From: Trichodelitschia bisporula
Taxonomy: Eukaryota
Length of the DNA: 64,000 nucleotides
Assembly (NCBI GenBank): GCA_010356995.1
Contig: ML996696.1
Location: forward strand, 808,364 to 872,363
Direction: 5' to 3'
A program made the position numbers and the translations under genes. Below, piece after piece: positions 35,729-47,878 of this stretch (position 1 is its first letter; every line of letters begins with the position of its first letter). The notes beneath the pieces were generated by a model. The model was not told the DNA's origin, made no database searches, and saw only the letters and a program-made list of their open reading frames with translations.

Positions 35729-38700
35729 GATTGCAGATGATGTGAAGTCGAGATGGATGACCGTGGTCGAGTTGCGGAAACGAGAGTATTCGGCTTTGGG
35801 ATCCGGATCCCACGCTTGTTTGCTGTGAAAGCTCGCGAGCGCTGCAGCGTACTGACTACTCGGTGTACCTCATGGAAGGACCACGATAGTTCGGTCGGCG
35901 GCAAGTAGATTGGGGCGAGGCTCCTGACGATTTCCCTGTTGTAACGACAAATACGCTGCGAAAGGCCGGCGGTTGGCTGATGACAGCGCTTCCCTGCACC
36001 CAGAACGTGTACTAAGTTCCAGGAAGGCGATGCGGATGAAGGAACACTTGGATGCGACCGCGTTGCAATGATCGCTTGGTGAGAATGGGTGCGTGTAAGA
36101 GAGGACGAGTGTCAAGAGCTGAATCCGAAACCCTTGGGGGTATTGAGGGTTTGCAAGGGAGGAGGAATGTTTCAGAGCCGGCCCGCCCGCGAACAAGCAA
36201 ACAAGAGCGAGAGAGTGAGTGTGTGAGTGTAGTATCTACGTGGACGAAGACACAACGACAGTGACGGCGAAAGAGTGTGATGTTGGTCGGAAGGAAGGAA
36301 CGATGTAGATTTCTAGAAGGAGGGTGAGGTTGTAGTGGGTGTGGAGGGTTGGATGGTTGGTGTGCGAATGGGTGGAGGGGGTCTTGGAAGGGGGAGAAAG
36401 CAGGACTTCGGACTGGGGGCGTGGGGAGAGGGGGAAAGATAGACCGGAAACGCGGATCCCTCTTTTTGGTTGGAGAAGTTGAGAAGAGGGGGGGGAGGGT
36501 GTGAGAGGGAGGGGGGGAAGGGTCAGAGGGCTTGGAATTTGGAGGGGTGGTCTCACGAGTTTTCGGAGGGTGAATGTTTCTGTGTGCCCGAGAGACCAGC
36601 TTTCAAAGGGAGAGAGACAGCAATAATATCTGGAAACCTGCAGCGGAGCGGGAAAGAAAAAGAAGAAAGAGGAAAGCGCAGAAGGTTCACGGGCGACAAG
36701 AGACAAGCACGACAAGAGCAAGGATAAAACAGGCACACTCGGCATCCTATTCGCTGCTTCCCTTGGGCTGCCTGAGCTAGCCAAATCTTCTTTCGCTGCT
36801 AAGCCGCTGCACGGAGCTCCTGCACGCGTATTCTACTGCACGTTCGCGCGTTCCTACGAGGACAACCCCTTTATTTCGATGGCGCTACGTCGAACCGTTG
36901 AGCTTCCGTCGACGCCTCACCTGAGCTGCGACTCTTTTGAAGGGCTGAAAAAGCCAGCAAAGAACCAGGCGCATCCGCCAGTAGTGACGGAACCTCTTCG
37001 TGGAATTGAGGTGACGGTACCGGTAGGTGACATGGCGATCTATCTCCCATATTTTATATGAGATGCCTCCCTTCTCCATCCTTCGCCAGCTTCCTTTGCC
37101 AGCAGCGCTTCCATCCCTCGGCCTCTCCCATTGTCATCATCTCCTTTATCGCGGCGCAGCATGACATGACAAGGAACGGCTCCTGCCCCAGTCTAGGTAC
37201 CGTAATCGTCCTTGCAGCACTCGTAAACTGTCCAGCCCGCCCTCGGTCTTGCAGCAACGGAGCAAGCAAGTAATGCCGAATCAAATGGCTCATTCAATCC
37301 CATGTCCGCTTTGACCGGCTGCTTGTCAACAACAGCCAAAATCTCCGACTTGTTGTCGAGTCTTGCTCTGCATCACTCGTACAGGTGTACTCCGCCTCGC
37401 ATGATTCTTCGTCCACATTCGAACATGTCTACGACACGGATCATTATCTCCAAAGCAAGTCAGGTCAGCCGCATTGCTTGCGCGTTCAATGTCCCACCCA
37501 CGAGCCACACCCAAGCCATCCCGTGATAGCCACAGCCGGAGCCTCCGCCACCAGCGACGCCAGGCTGACGCTTGACGTCCCCGGTCCCGCCATCTCGGAG
37601 GCCCACAAAGCCCGTGGGCGCGCGGCTCCACCGGGTCAGCATCGCGGGCCTATAGCGGCAACCCCCATTGCTTGCAAAACAGGAGCCTGTAAACTCCGAG
37701 AGATGAGCGGCCGAAGGAATGGGGATCGAAGTGCTTGCCGGCGCATGGATGACGGGCTTTCCGGCGTTGCAAAGCGCGGCCAATGTTTCATCTCGCTGTT
37801 GGCGGGCTTGGGTGCTGATCTGCACCACCGAGGCGGCCCTGGAGGTTGATATCGGTGCTGAAGGGTGGCCGATCGCAAGGGAAAAGGGATGGCTACTACG
37901 TAGTATTTCCAGGACGACTGAAGTATTGCTTCCCGACGTCAATAATATGAGAGCTAACGTCACTTCGACTGCGCCTCTTTCATCGTCTTTTTACAGGCAT
38001 TCAAGCCCCTACTGATGAAACTAATTGCCGCCGATGCTTCCTCCATTTTTCAAGCGGGAAGCCGGCGGTATTACCATGGAGCTAATATCTGTAGCGCCGT
38101 TGCCGCCTGCACCCTGCCAGACATCACACCCAACACTCTCGACCATCGCGTCATCCTACGGCACAGCTTCAAACTCCACGGAGAAGCCCAACCCAATTCA
38201 CGGCGAGGCACAATCCATTGGCTAATCACACTAGTTATAAGTTGGCCGATCTTCCAGGAAAACCTGCAAACTGTTCGCTGCCAGTGCCGGTTGCATCGTG
38301 GGGAATTATTTTCCACTTATTGGAATCAGCACATGGCACAACTGGTTACACACTGGACCCAGGCTCGCCAACTGTCGGCCGGCGATCTCCTGATGTGCTG
38401 CTATCGGCATGTCACCAGCGACTCGCGAAGCATTTGCATAAAGGCGCCTGGACTGTACCTCGTAGCACAGCTATAGGTGACATTTCGGAAGCTTGCGTCT
38501 CTTAAGCTTGTTGGGCCGTTGCTGAACGAAGCAACTGGGGGAGATAGCGGACCTTCTCCACAGATTCTCAGCGTCGGCGGCTGCATGAATTGCTTTTTAG
38601 CTCCGTACTACGGTGATGGTATGCTGTCACGTGAGGCGTTGGCGAGGCTGGTCGTGTTGACCGCGAGATAGCGTGGATATGGGAGGCTAGGGCATTTAAA

Positions 38701-39859
38701 GCATACACGGTGACGTCCTTCTAAAGTGTGGAATGCGAAATGACCGGTAGACAGATCAGAAGTGAGGAAACTTGAACACAAGTCGGCCACTTCTCCGCAT
38801 ATCGCTCTTAAGCGTCCAGGACCGAAGATGGCATTGATTCAAACGTGGTTGTCACTTGCAGCCCAGGAATTCTTGATGACCGGCATGCCAATCGTGGAGA
38901 CCATCCAGATATCTGCATGACCATTCCCCGCCTTTCCACGCCGTTGACGTGTCACCCGCAATAGATGCAGACCCTTGATACCATTGATCCCATCGGTCTC
39001 TCAGCAACTGGGCCGTGCTTCATGTCTCTGGCGCGACAAAGATGATGGAGACAAAGCTATGTATGCGGTCATATCTCGATCTAGATCATCACTTCCCTCA
39101 CAACATGGCTCTCAATCAAGACATGTAGTATGTCAACACTGTACCATCCTTTTCGAAGAGTTTCAGCCTCATTTAACAGAGTCTGAGCAGGAGAGGACCA
39201 ACAAAGACCTTCATCGTTTCCGACTTCTTTCCGGCGACAGCATCTGATCCGGTTTCTCAGGACCACCAAGCTTACGGCAAGCCACTTTCTTCACAATTAC
39301 ATCCACCTTATCACCACTCCATCGTCCATACAGTGTTCCAGATGCAGCGGTGATCTAAACACTGTTCCAGGTAGTCTAGTCCTGTGGGATCGGCCGTCTT
39401 GTACTTGATGCCACTCGGCTGTTTCCATCCCAACATGATATTGAAAAATCACCGCCAGCCCACGACAACTACAGCACATCTAACGATCATGCTTGCAGTC
39501 AGCCGATAGGCTCCTAGTAAGTCTTAACTGTATGGGTAATGAATTTGGGCAATGCGCATCTTTTTTTGGCTCCGACAGCTTCCGCCTTGGAGAGAGCCGG
39601 CTGGATAGGAAGGCATCCCCAACCAGACGTAACTTACCGAAGACTTTCCGAGTGCACAGCATCGAAATCTGCCAACTGAAGTTCGCTTAGCCAAACAATT
39701 CACCTTCCTAAAAGACTCTACCCTTTCAGTTTTGCGACTCTCTATCACCTAGACTCCAGTCACATGATCTGGTGAAAAGGTTGGCCGCGGTCGCGGGCCT
39801 GTCCTGACCTCATAATCCAACCCCCGCCTCAAGTGCATCTCCAAAACAACAACACCCTC

Positions 39860-40732
39860 ATGTCTGCGATCTTAGCGAAAAAAGCACCTACTCTCACCGC
39901 CAGTAGTCTCTCCCTCCATTGCCACCAATGCTTCAACCCTAGCACACCATCCCGACCCCGCAGGCACTATGCCTCCATACACAGCGGCATCGATTCCTGG
40001 CCCAGCCCCGCGCATCCAAACCTATACCCAACACCCTACCAGATCCTAAACACAAAGAAAGGAACGCCATACGATAAATCGCATTTCTGCGATCTCGTCA
40101 AGCTATACCACCCCGACCGCACCGCGCACACGCCCTCCCTCTCCCCCGCCCTCCGCCTCGAGCGCTACCACCTCCTCATCGCCGCGCACACGCTCCTCTC
40201 AGACCCGGAGAAGCGCAAGGCGTACGACCTCTGGGGTGCCGGGTGGTCGTACACACAGCATCCCGCGACCACGCCGGCCGACCCCCCGCGCTGGAGCACG
40301 AATTATGCGACCCCTGGTAGCCCGATGGGGAATGCGACGTGGGAGGACTGGGAGCGGTGGTATGCGGCGCGGGACGGCACGGGGACTGCGCATCAAGGCC
40401 CCGTGTTTCTGAGTAATGGCTCTTTCGTGTCGCTGGTTATTGCCTTAGCGGCGTTGGGCGGGTTGGGACAGTTGGTGCGGGCGGAGAATGCGGGACAGAC
40501 GCTGATTGCGAGGAAGGATGAGGTGCATGACCGCACGGCGAAGGAGCTAGCGAGGGTGAAGAAGGAGGCCGCTGGGTGGTCGAGGGATGAGCGGATAATG
40601 CGGTTTTTGAGACAGGTGGATCCGGAGGCGTATGCGAATGAGGGGGTGAGGAGGTTGATTGTTGAGCCGGATATTTGTGATGGTGGGGATACGAAGGAGA
40701 GGGAGTTTGACTTGAAGAGGAAGTATCGGTAG
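39860..40732 (+). CDS. Mitochondrial J-domain protein (Jid1-like)
   Basis: PTPYQIL..LVKLYHPD..LLSDPEKRKAYD J-domain, NATWEDWERWY, TM segment. Confidence 0.85.
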   Translation: MSAILAKKAPTLTASSLSLHCHQCFNPSTPSRPRRHYASIHSGIDSWPSPAHPNLYPTPYQILNTKKGTPYDKSHFCDLVKLYHPDRTAHTPSLSPALRLERYHLLIAAHTLLSDPEKRKAYDLWGAGWSYTQHPATTPADPPRWSTNYATPGSPMGNATWEDWERWYAARDGTGTAHQGPVFLSNGSFVSLVIALAALGGLGQLVRAENAGQTLIARKDEVHDRTAKELARVKKEAAGWSRDERIMRFLRQVDPEAYANEGVRRLIVEPDICDGGDTKEREFDLKRKYR

Positions 40733-41190
40733 TGTGCTTTTGGGGGCACTTTGGGCCTTGGAAGAGGGATGGGATAGCGGTTATGGTGTTCGGACTTTGC
40801 TGGTGTATATATTCCTCTCACGATACACAAGATGGAGTTGGCGGCGAATGGGGGGATATCCGGGTACGCAGCGCTCAAAGAGCACACAGATAGGCTCACA
40901 ATTTGGCACAATGCAAATAGCAACACATGCACATTCATCCACGCGTCTATCCGGACCTGCAGCATCTCCTCCACAATTCTCCATCTTGCATTCTCGAAGT
41001 TGGGTAGAGATATCCAATCACAACTGCGCAGAGGCCCGTGCTCATTACGCAACAAAAGTCTTGGCTCGGATGCACCCGCCGGCGATTCGTCGGCGGCCGG
41101 GACCACCTGCACCTTGGCCGAGCTCAGCATCGCAAAGATCCAACCACCGCGAAAAATATCAGAAGCCATTGCATTCCGTCCGCTGCCCCA

Positions 41191-42016
41191 ATGGCGATGA
41201 GGTTCCTCCTGCGGCGCGTGCGTATCCTCGTCATCTTCTTGCAGATGTACAGTAGTTAACGGACCCAGCCCGCCGCCCTCCCTGTCACGGCCCTGACCGC
41301 TGCTCTTATCCTCACCCCCAAGTCGAGCGTGCACGCTGAGAGCCCCCGCGATGCTTCTGAGAGGGTACGTTGGCGATACTGGGGTTTGGAATAACTGCTG
41401 ACGCAGACAGCGGCCCCGCCGCTCCCTCTACGACGACTCCCTCTCCGCCCCCGTCAAGTTCGCCGACTCCCGCCCCACACACTCCGAAAACTGCGACTAC
41501 ATCCGCCCCACCGACCGGCTCGCCGCTCAAATCGGCGCCGCGCGCGTCTTCCTCCACGGCCACGCCGCCGCGCTCGAGGACAAGACCAACGAGGTGCTAA
41601 CCCGCGCCTTCCATCTCGAGCACAGCTTCACGTCTACGATCGCGGGGCTGGCGCCGGGGCCGCAGACGGGCGAGCAGGTCATGCCTGGGGCGATATATGT
41701 GGCTGTTGCGGCGATGGGGAGTAGCATTATGGTGCGGAATCGGAATGTGCTTTTGAGAGGGGTGGTGCCGATGCTGGTTGGCCTCGGGGCCGGGTATGTG
41801 GTTTTGCCGAATACGATGCGTAATGTTGGGGAACTGGTGTGGAGGTATGAGGAGAGGTTTCCTGCGGTGGCGGAGACGCATTTGGCAGTTAAGGAGAGGG
41901 TGACGAGGTTTGTCCAGACTGGCGTGGCGCATTCGCAGATGGGGGTGCAGATGTTTGAGGGGAAGGTGGGGGAGGCGAGGGAGAGGATTGAGCAGTGGGT
42001 GAGCAAGGGGAAATAG
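41191..42016 (+). CDS. MICOS subunit Mic26/Mic27 (apolipoprotein O family), 3 exons
   Basis: PTDRLAAQIGAAR, LEHSFTSTIAGLAP, MPGAIYVAVAAMGSSIMVRNR, LPNTMRNV. Confidence 0.88.
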
Positions 42017-42666
42017 ATGCGGAGGTATTCCTATGCTAGCTGGTTCCTGAGTTCTCTCTCTCTTTGATCCTGTAATCTTGATTCCATAGACGGCTGCTTG
42101 TCATCTGGCGGGCGGCGCTGCAAGCAATGTAAACACCATGTCCATGTTCGAAATAGAGACGGTCTTTAAGCTGCGATTGCCCGGTGAAGTTTTAGATTTC
42201 TCTTTCGTGCAGTGAGCCGTCATAAGGCTTTCGATCCTGTCTTGAAAGGGCTTATGGTTATGTCTGTGCTTTAATCCGGACATAAATGAGCGAGCTCACG
42301 TATAATGAACAGCATCTCCATCGATGCGCCAAGCTGAGTACATGGCAGGACTCATGGCGTGGCTGCCATCACCGAAGAGCTCCAACAGTGGATTCCTGCC
42401 AAGCACCCACCTCCGTGGGATATAAATACTGCTTCTCTAAGATTCAGGCAACTGAACCACGAAACATCTACACAGTGACTGCATCTCGCATTCACAACAA
42501 CATCCTCTACAGGTTGGTTTGTACATAAAGGACATTTTCGTTTGCTGTGTTTCATCAACATCAGTCTCTACATGCCTCATACTCATCCAAAGATTGCTCC
42601 TCTCTCCAAGCCTTTATTGTCAGTCCTAACAGTCTTCTCAGTCCTCCATCTCTACAACCAGCAAAA

Positions 42667-42929
42667 ATGTGCGTCCAAACCCTCACCTCCTACGACTGCG
42701 GCCACGATGTCGTCAAGGACATGATCAAGTGCGACACCCCAAAGACACGATCAAACGCGACAACCCAAAGTTCACATTCAAACGCGACAAGCCAAAGGAC
42801 ATGACCAAATGCGACAAGCCAGAGCTCCGTCCTCACAAAATCAGCTTCTGGGGCCGTTCCAAGAAGAAGGGGAAGTGTCCTACATGCGAGAAGGGAGAAT
42901 GGCCCCAAGGCATCGCGACGTACGAGTAA
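42667..42929 (+). pseudogene. Small Cys/His protein (MC..Y.CGH..C..CPTC type) frameshifted within an internal 27-bp tandem repeat
   Basis: N-terminus MCVQTLTSYDCGH and C-terminus KCPTCEKG lie in different frames; one repeat unit is 26 bp. Confidence 0.55.
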
Positions 42930-43252
42930 AACTCGACAACCTGATTCTCAGTTGGATGTGCCTCTCCCACTGAGGGAACCATGGGGATATCTCTACCACG
43001 TCTGTACACTAGAGGAAGGAAGTGGCTTCAATTGAAGGGCGGCAAATGATAAATTATTGTCGCGATATGAAATGTCTCCTCACCACCCGTCGATGCTCAG
43101 TCGTTGCAAGGCTAGCCTTGGCACGCCGCTTTTCGCTCCACCTCCCCCGCACGTGACAATCGCGTATCGCGAGTGTTTACTCCGCGCCTCACCCTCCCCC
43201 TCTCCACCATCCACATCCCACCTCCATCCTCCGCCTCACTCCCACCGCAGAA

Positions 43253-43933
43253 ATGTCCACAACCCCCACCCCCAGCGGCCCCCGCGACTCCACCCGCCCG
43301 CGCAGCACCAGCCGCACGCGCATCCCCTCACGCCCAACAACCCCCCTCCGCCCCTCCTCCCGCAACTCGCTGCGCACCTCCCAACAAGGCGCGGCTGCAG
43401 CTCTAAACAACCCGCTCGACGAGCTAGAGGGGCAGTTTGCGGAGTTAAGCGACGGAATGGCCGACCTGGAGGCGAACTTCATGCACCTGCAGCTTATGCA
43501 CGAGAGCCTGGCTAGGTTCAGCGAGAGCTTTGCGGCGTTTTTGTATGGGTTGAATATGAATGCGTTTTGTGTGGATTTCGGCGAGGCGCCGGTGCCGGAG
43601 AGTTTTAGGAGGGCGATGCAGGTGCAGGTGTTGAGGGAGATGGGGATGAGGGAGAGGGAGAGGGATGTTGAGGCTACGTTTTTGTGAGTGAGGATGGGCT
43701 GTTGTTGGATTGGGGGATGCTGATGGTACAGGACGAATGATACGAGCTTTGTTGAGCACCCGCCTACGTCGTCGAAGGCGTCGTCGAAGTATGGTACCCC
43801 GAGGCCTGAAGCGAGGGTTTCGCGGGTTGCGCGCGGGAGTGGAGCGGCGAGGGGGAGGGGGCAGGGGATTCCGCGGGCGAGTGGGATTGCGCGGGGGAGG
43901 GGGAGAGGAACTGCGAGAGGGACGGCGCGATGA
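43253..43933 (+). CDS. DAM1: DASH complex subunit Dam1, 2 exons
   Basis: RPTTPLRPSSR, ELSDGMADLEANFMHLQLMHESLARFSESFAAFLYGLNMNAFCVDF; intron 43684-43730. Confidence 0.93.
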
Positions 43934-45450
43934 GGGGATACTGGATGAGGATACTGTGAAGCTGTACTGTGAGGCGGGGTTGTTGGTACGTTCTATGTTG
44001 AGGTGTTGGGACGATGCTAATTGGGGTTAGGTTCTGGCATATAGGCGTTAAACTGGACGATAACGGCCGGCTGCGCGCAATGGCCAGTGGAGCGCTGCGC
44101 TTTTGAGCTGGCGACGGGCTAGGTCCTTTGCGGCCTCATCACGTTATCACTGGACTATCAAAAGGTGCAATGCAAGCATGAGGCGTCGAGTGCAGCGACA
44201 GGACTCGATAGGCGAGACTTCCCCGGCGAGGCGGCCGAATAGGACTGCTTTCCGTGCGCAAGTTACTTTTGGGGGCAAATCGTCGTAGCTCTGGAACGTG
44301 CAGAGTCATGTCTGCCGCAATAGCAAGTGAGTTATGGGGCTAGAATGCTTATCACGCCTGGTTTTCAAACACCGTGCTGTTTCCCACTGCTCGACCTGAG
44401 TCCCGTTTCTCGTCGAACCTGAGGCCCGTTTCTTGCGGCAGATCTTGACGTCGCTATTACGGAGAGGTACTATTTGAAGCATCGTTCGGTTTTCAGGCAG
44501 CGCGTTGAAGCAAACACGGCTGCCTTGTAACAGCAAGTCCTGTGTTTCTCCCTGATATACCCAGGCAGCGATCCCAGCCTCCCCCGAGCTTCCAATCCTC
44601 ATGCGGAAGCTCGCAAACTCGGAAACCACCGGTACACGGCGGCAGCTGTATGATCAGCAACCGGGAGGGGTGCAAACTGCATCTTGGCCACCGAAACGGC
44701 GGGAGTGTTTTTTCGCCAGATTTTGAGGTTGATATAGACTGGGATCGTGGGGCTACGTCACGTAGGACGAGACCAGCGCCGCACTGCGGCTATATCGCAT
44801 GCGCAGGGTAATAGCACTCCCCCGAGCTCAACCTCTCCACTTCAACCCATTGCTAAAAACGTCGTACAGGCAATCAGCTAATAACAGCACCACGCACCTC
44901 ACGGCCTCAGCCTTATCCTCACAAGCCTTTCTTTTTAGCATCACAAACATCGCGCTTCTCGCCCCAAGCACCCGACCAAACATTCCCCGGTTTACCACCC
45001 CCCATCCCTGCCCGCATCCCCCGTGCAGGCCACCCAAGCCGCTCAAACGTGTCTGCGACATGGGATTGGCCAGGGCCCCGCACGAAGCTGCAGCAAGCGC
45101 AGCAAACGCTGCGGCTTGTTTTACGCTTTTTCATCGGTATGCGCAAGGGAATTGGCCTGGATGTGGGCGCATTGGCGCGGGCAGACTTGCACTGCATGCA
45201 GGATGGGATGGGGCCATGCGGAGTACTATGGGCAAGGCTGCATTCTTGCTTCGTGCGGGCACGAGTCGTGCGCCTTGGGACTGGTACGGGGAGGGAGAGG
45301 CTTTAAAGCGCCTGAAGCCCGCGCTGGGCGTGGGATGCGACCCCTCTAGATCTCGCGGGTCCTTTCGCTACGGATAGCGATCTATCGTTTGCACCACGAC
45401 GCTGAGAACCTCACGACACTACCCACCGCCTCCGGCGCTCAACCGCCGCG

Positions 45451-47009
45451 ATGCCCCGCACCGACACAACCATATCCTCCATCCTCTCCGCCTTCACCAC
45501 AACCCTCGACTCCCTCCGCGCCCTGCGCTCGCGCCGCCATCATCGCAAGCGCGTGCTCAAGGCGCCGCGGGGTGGGTGCGTGCCCGTTGAACCTGCGCCG
45601 GCCGATGAAGATGCGCTGTCCCATAGCTTGCGACGAGGGGCGGGGGATGTGCAGAGGGAGTATGAGCGGCATTATAGAGACCGCGGGGAAGGGTTTGCGG
45701 CTGGCGATCGTAGGTTTTCCACAGCAGTGGTGGGATGGGGCTAATGGGGGCAGATCTGGCGCACGCGAGCCTATCCCGCACTCTCGCAAAGCTCAACGCG
45801 CGGCTCGTCGCCATCGTGGGCGCGCTGATGCACCGCCCCCCCAAATCAACACCCGACTACCGCAGCCTCGCCAGCATCGCAGACATAAGTCGCGCCGAAG
45901 CCCTCGACGCACTGGAATCGCTTAGTCGGCGGATTTCCGCCCCTCCTGTCTCCGCCCCCCCTCCCGGCCCGGCACCCCTCCCCACGCCCCCGCCGTCGAC
46001 AAGCCCGGTTGTGATAGAGCCGGATACAACGCCCACGCACACGAATACACACCCGCGGCGACGGCCGGCACGGCTTACACCCCCCCGCCGCGGGGTAAGG
46101 AATTCGCCGCCGTATCCGCTTACGCCGCCGCCGACGACTGTGAGGAGGATTACCCTGCCCACGAGTCCGACGCCGCAGCTAGCTCTTGTACGCCCGGCGC
46201 CGACGCCCCCGCGGAGCCGCGAGCACACACCGCAAACAACCAACTCCCCGCGCAGCCGCGACGCGACCCCACAGCAGGGCAGCTCTACTCCCCGCGGCAC
46301 CCCGCGCCCATCACCGCGAAGGCGCGACACGCCCCCCTCGCGTGGAACGCCTCATGACCGTACCTCCCCCCCATCAAACGGAACTCCGCTCGACCGCGAT
46401 CTCAGCGTCATCCTCACCACGCCCTCACCCCGCAACACTCCTCCGCCCGCGTATACGGCGTTCGCGCTGCCTGCGAGCCCGCCGGCTGAGTTGCCTGCTA
46501 CGCCGGTCCCGACGCCGGCGCCGGCGCCGCTGCCTACGCCTGTTGCTGTTGGTGGGGAGGGGCGGCGGCGGCGCTCGGGTGAGGAGGAAGGAGGGTGGAG
46601 GAGGGGCTCACGGGAGGAAGGGGGTCGGAGGAGAGGCTCACGGGAGGCGGATCAGGAGGGGGCGAGTCCCTTACCCGCTCCCGTACCGGCGCCTGCAGCC
46701 GTGCGTCCCCCTCCCCCCCCTCCCCCCGCCAACCCGCCCCGCCGAGCACGTGTCAGCGCCCCGCCTAGAGCGGAGGAATCATGTTACGCGGCTACGCTAA
46801 GGAAGACGAGGCCGGAGAGTCAATATACGTTTGCGTCTGATAGCACGAAGTTGGGGGAGATACCGATGGGGAGGTGGGCGGTGGCTTGGGATTGGGAGGA
46901 GATGGAGAGGGGGAATCGGGAGGCGAGGGAGATGGGGTTGAGGGTTGATGGTGGGGGGAGGGGGGATGGGGAGAGGAGGGAGGGGAGGGGGTGGAGGCTT
47001 TGGCGGTAG
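45451..47009 (+). CDS. Fungal hypothetical protein, helical N-terminus and Pro-rich C-terminus, 2 exons
   Basis: LSHSLRRGAGDVQREYE..GFAAGD|LAHASL; SQYTFASDSTKLGEIP; intron ~45710-45753. Confidence 0.75.
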
Positions 47010-47142
47010 GGTTGGGGTGGAGTGAGGTAGATTTTGGGGATCTCGTCTTTGGTATCGGCGTATGCGGTTACTGGTGCAGGGATAGGGTGCGCTGGGGGAG
47101 TAAATCTGGTATTTGCGCAGGACGGCGCTTTTCTTGAAGACG

Positions 47143-47306
47143 GAGAGCCGTGAACGACGGCTGGCCGAGCCACTGCCGGCGGAGATCTGTGAGGTTCATG
47201 AGGAACTTGCCGAATGGTCCCGGTGCCGGAGCCTTTCCAGAAACTCCTCGTTGGCCTTACGGATCTGCGCCGGCAGTAGCTCGGGTAGCTGTCGTTCACG
47301 GTTCTC
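47143..47306 (+). ncRNA. Long imperfect RNA hairpin (61-nt arms)
   Basis: 47143-47203 is the reverse complement of 47246-47306, with most differences forming G.U pairs on the + strand. Confidence 0.6.
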
Positions 47307-47878
47307 GGAAGCGCGTAGAAAGTTCCTGGCGTGGAAAATGCCTTGCATCTAGATTGTACACTCGAGCTTCGGTGACGAGAGCAAAGTGGTGATGCCCTGG
47401 GACGGTAGCGGGATGCTGCTGTGGCGAGGAACCGATCCGTCTCTATACCCCGCGTGAAGCACCGCGATGGCGTGGTGTCTGGACCAAGTTCATTGGGTCG
47501 GGGAAGGGACACGAGGGATGACGATGCTTTACCATTGATGGCGGTTGGTTTGCTTCGACTGACGGGACAGTATCAAACACTCCACGAGGGGATGAAATCT
47601 AGAACTAATCTCTTCTAGCCCCACAGCCTGATTGCTCACCAAGGCCATCATGTGAAATCATTTCGTGCTTTTGCAGCGAGGGCGCGGTTCATCCTATCGT
47701 ACAGAACGGAGCGGATATCGAGATTGTTAGCGATATACGGATGTAGGTTGGTTCGGGGGGGGTGAAACACGTGTGAAGTCAGTTCGCCACCCTCAGATTC
47801 CAGGGCCTCGGAGAAAGTTACGGCCGATCCTCCAGGCCAACTTTGTGGGCGCGCACAGCTAGGACTTTACGAGTGGAT

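Noticed and set aside
36800..39800. Many short ORFs upstream of the WSC gene
   Set aside because: No motif or coherent splice model; likely intergenic or fully decayed
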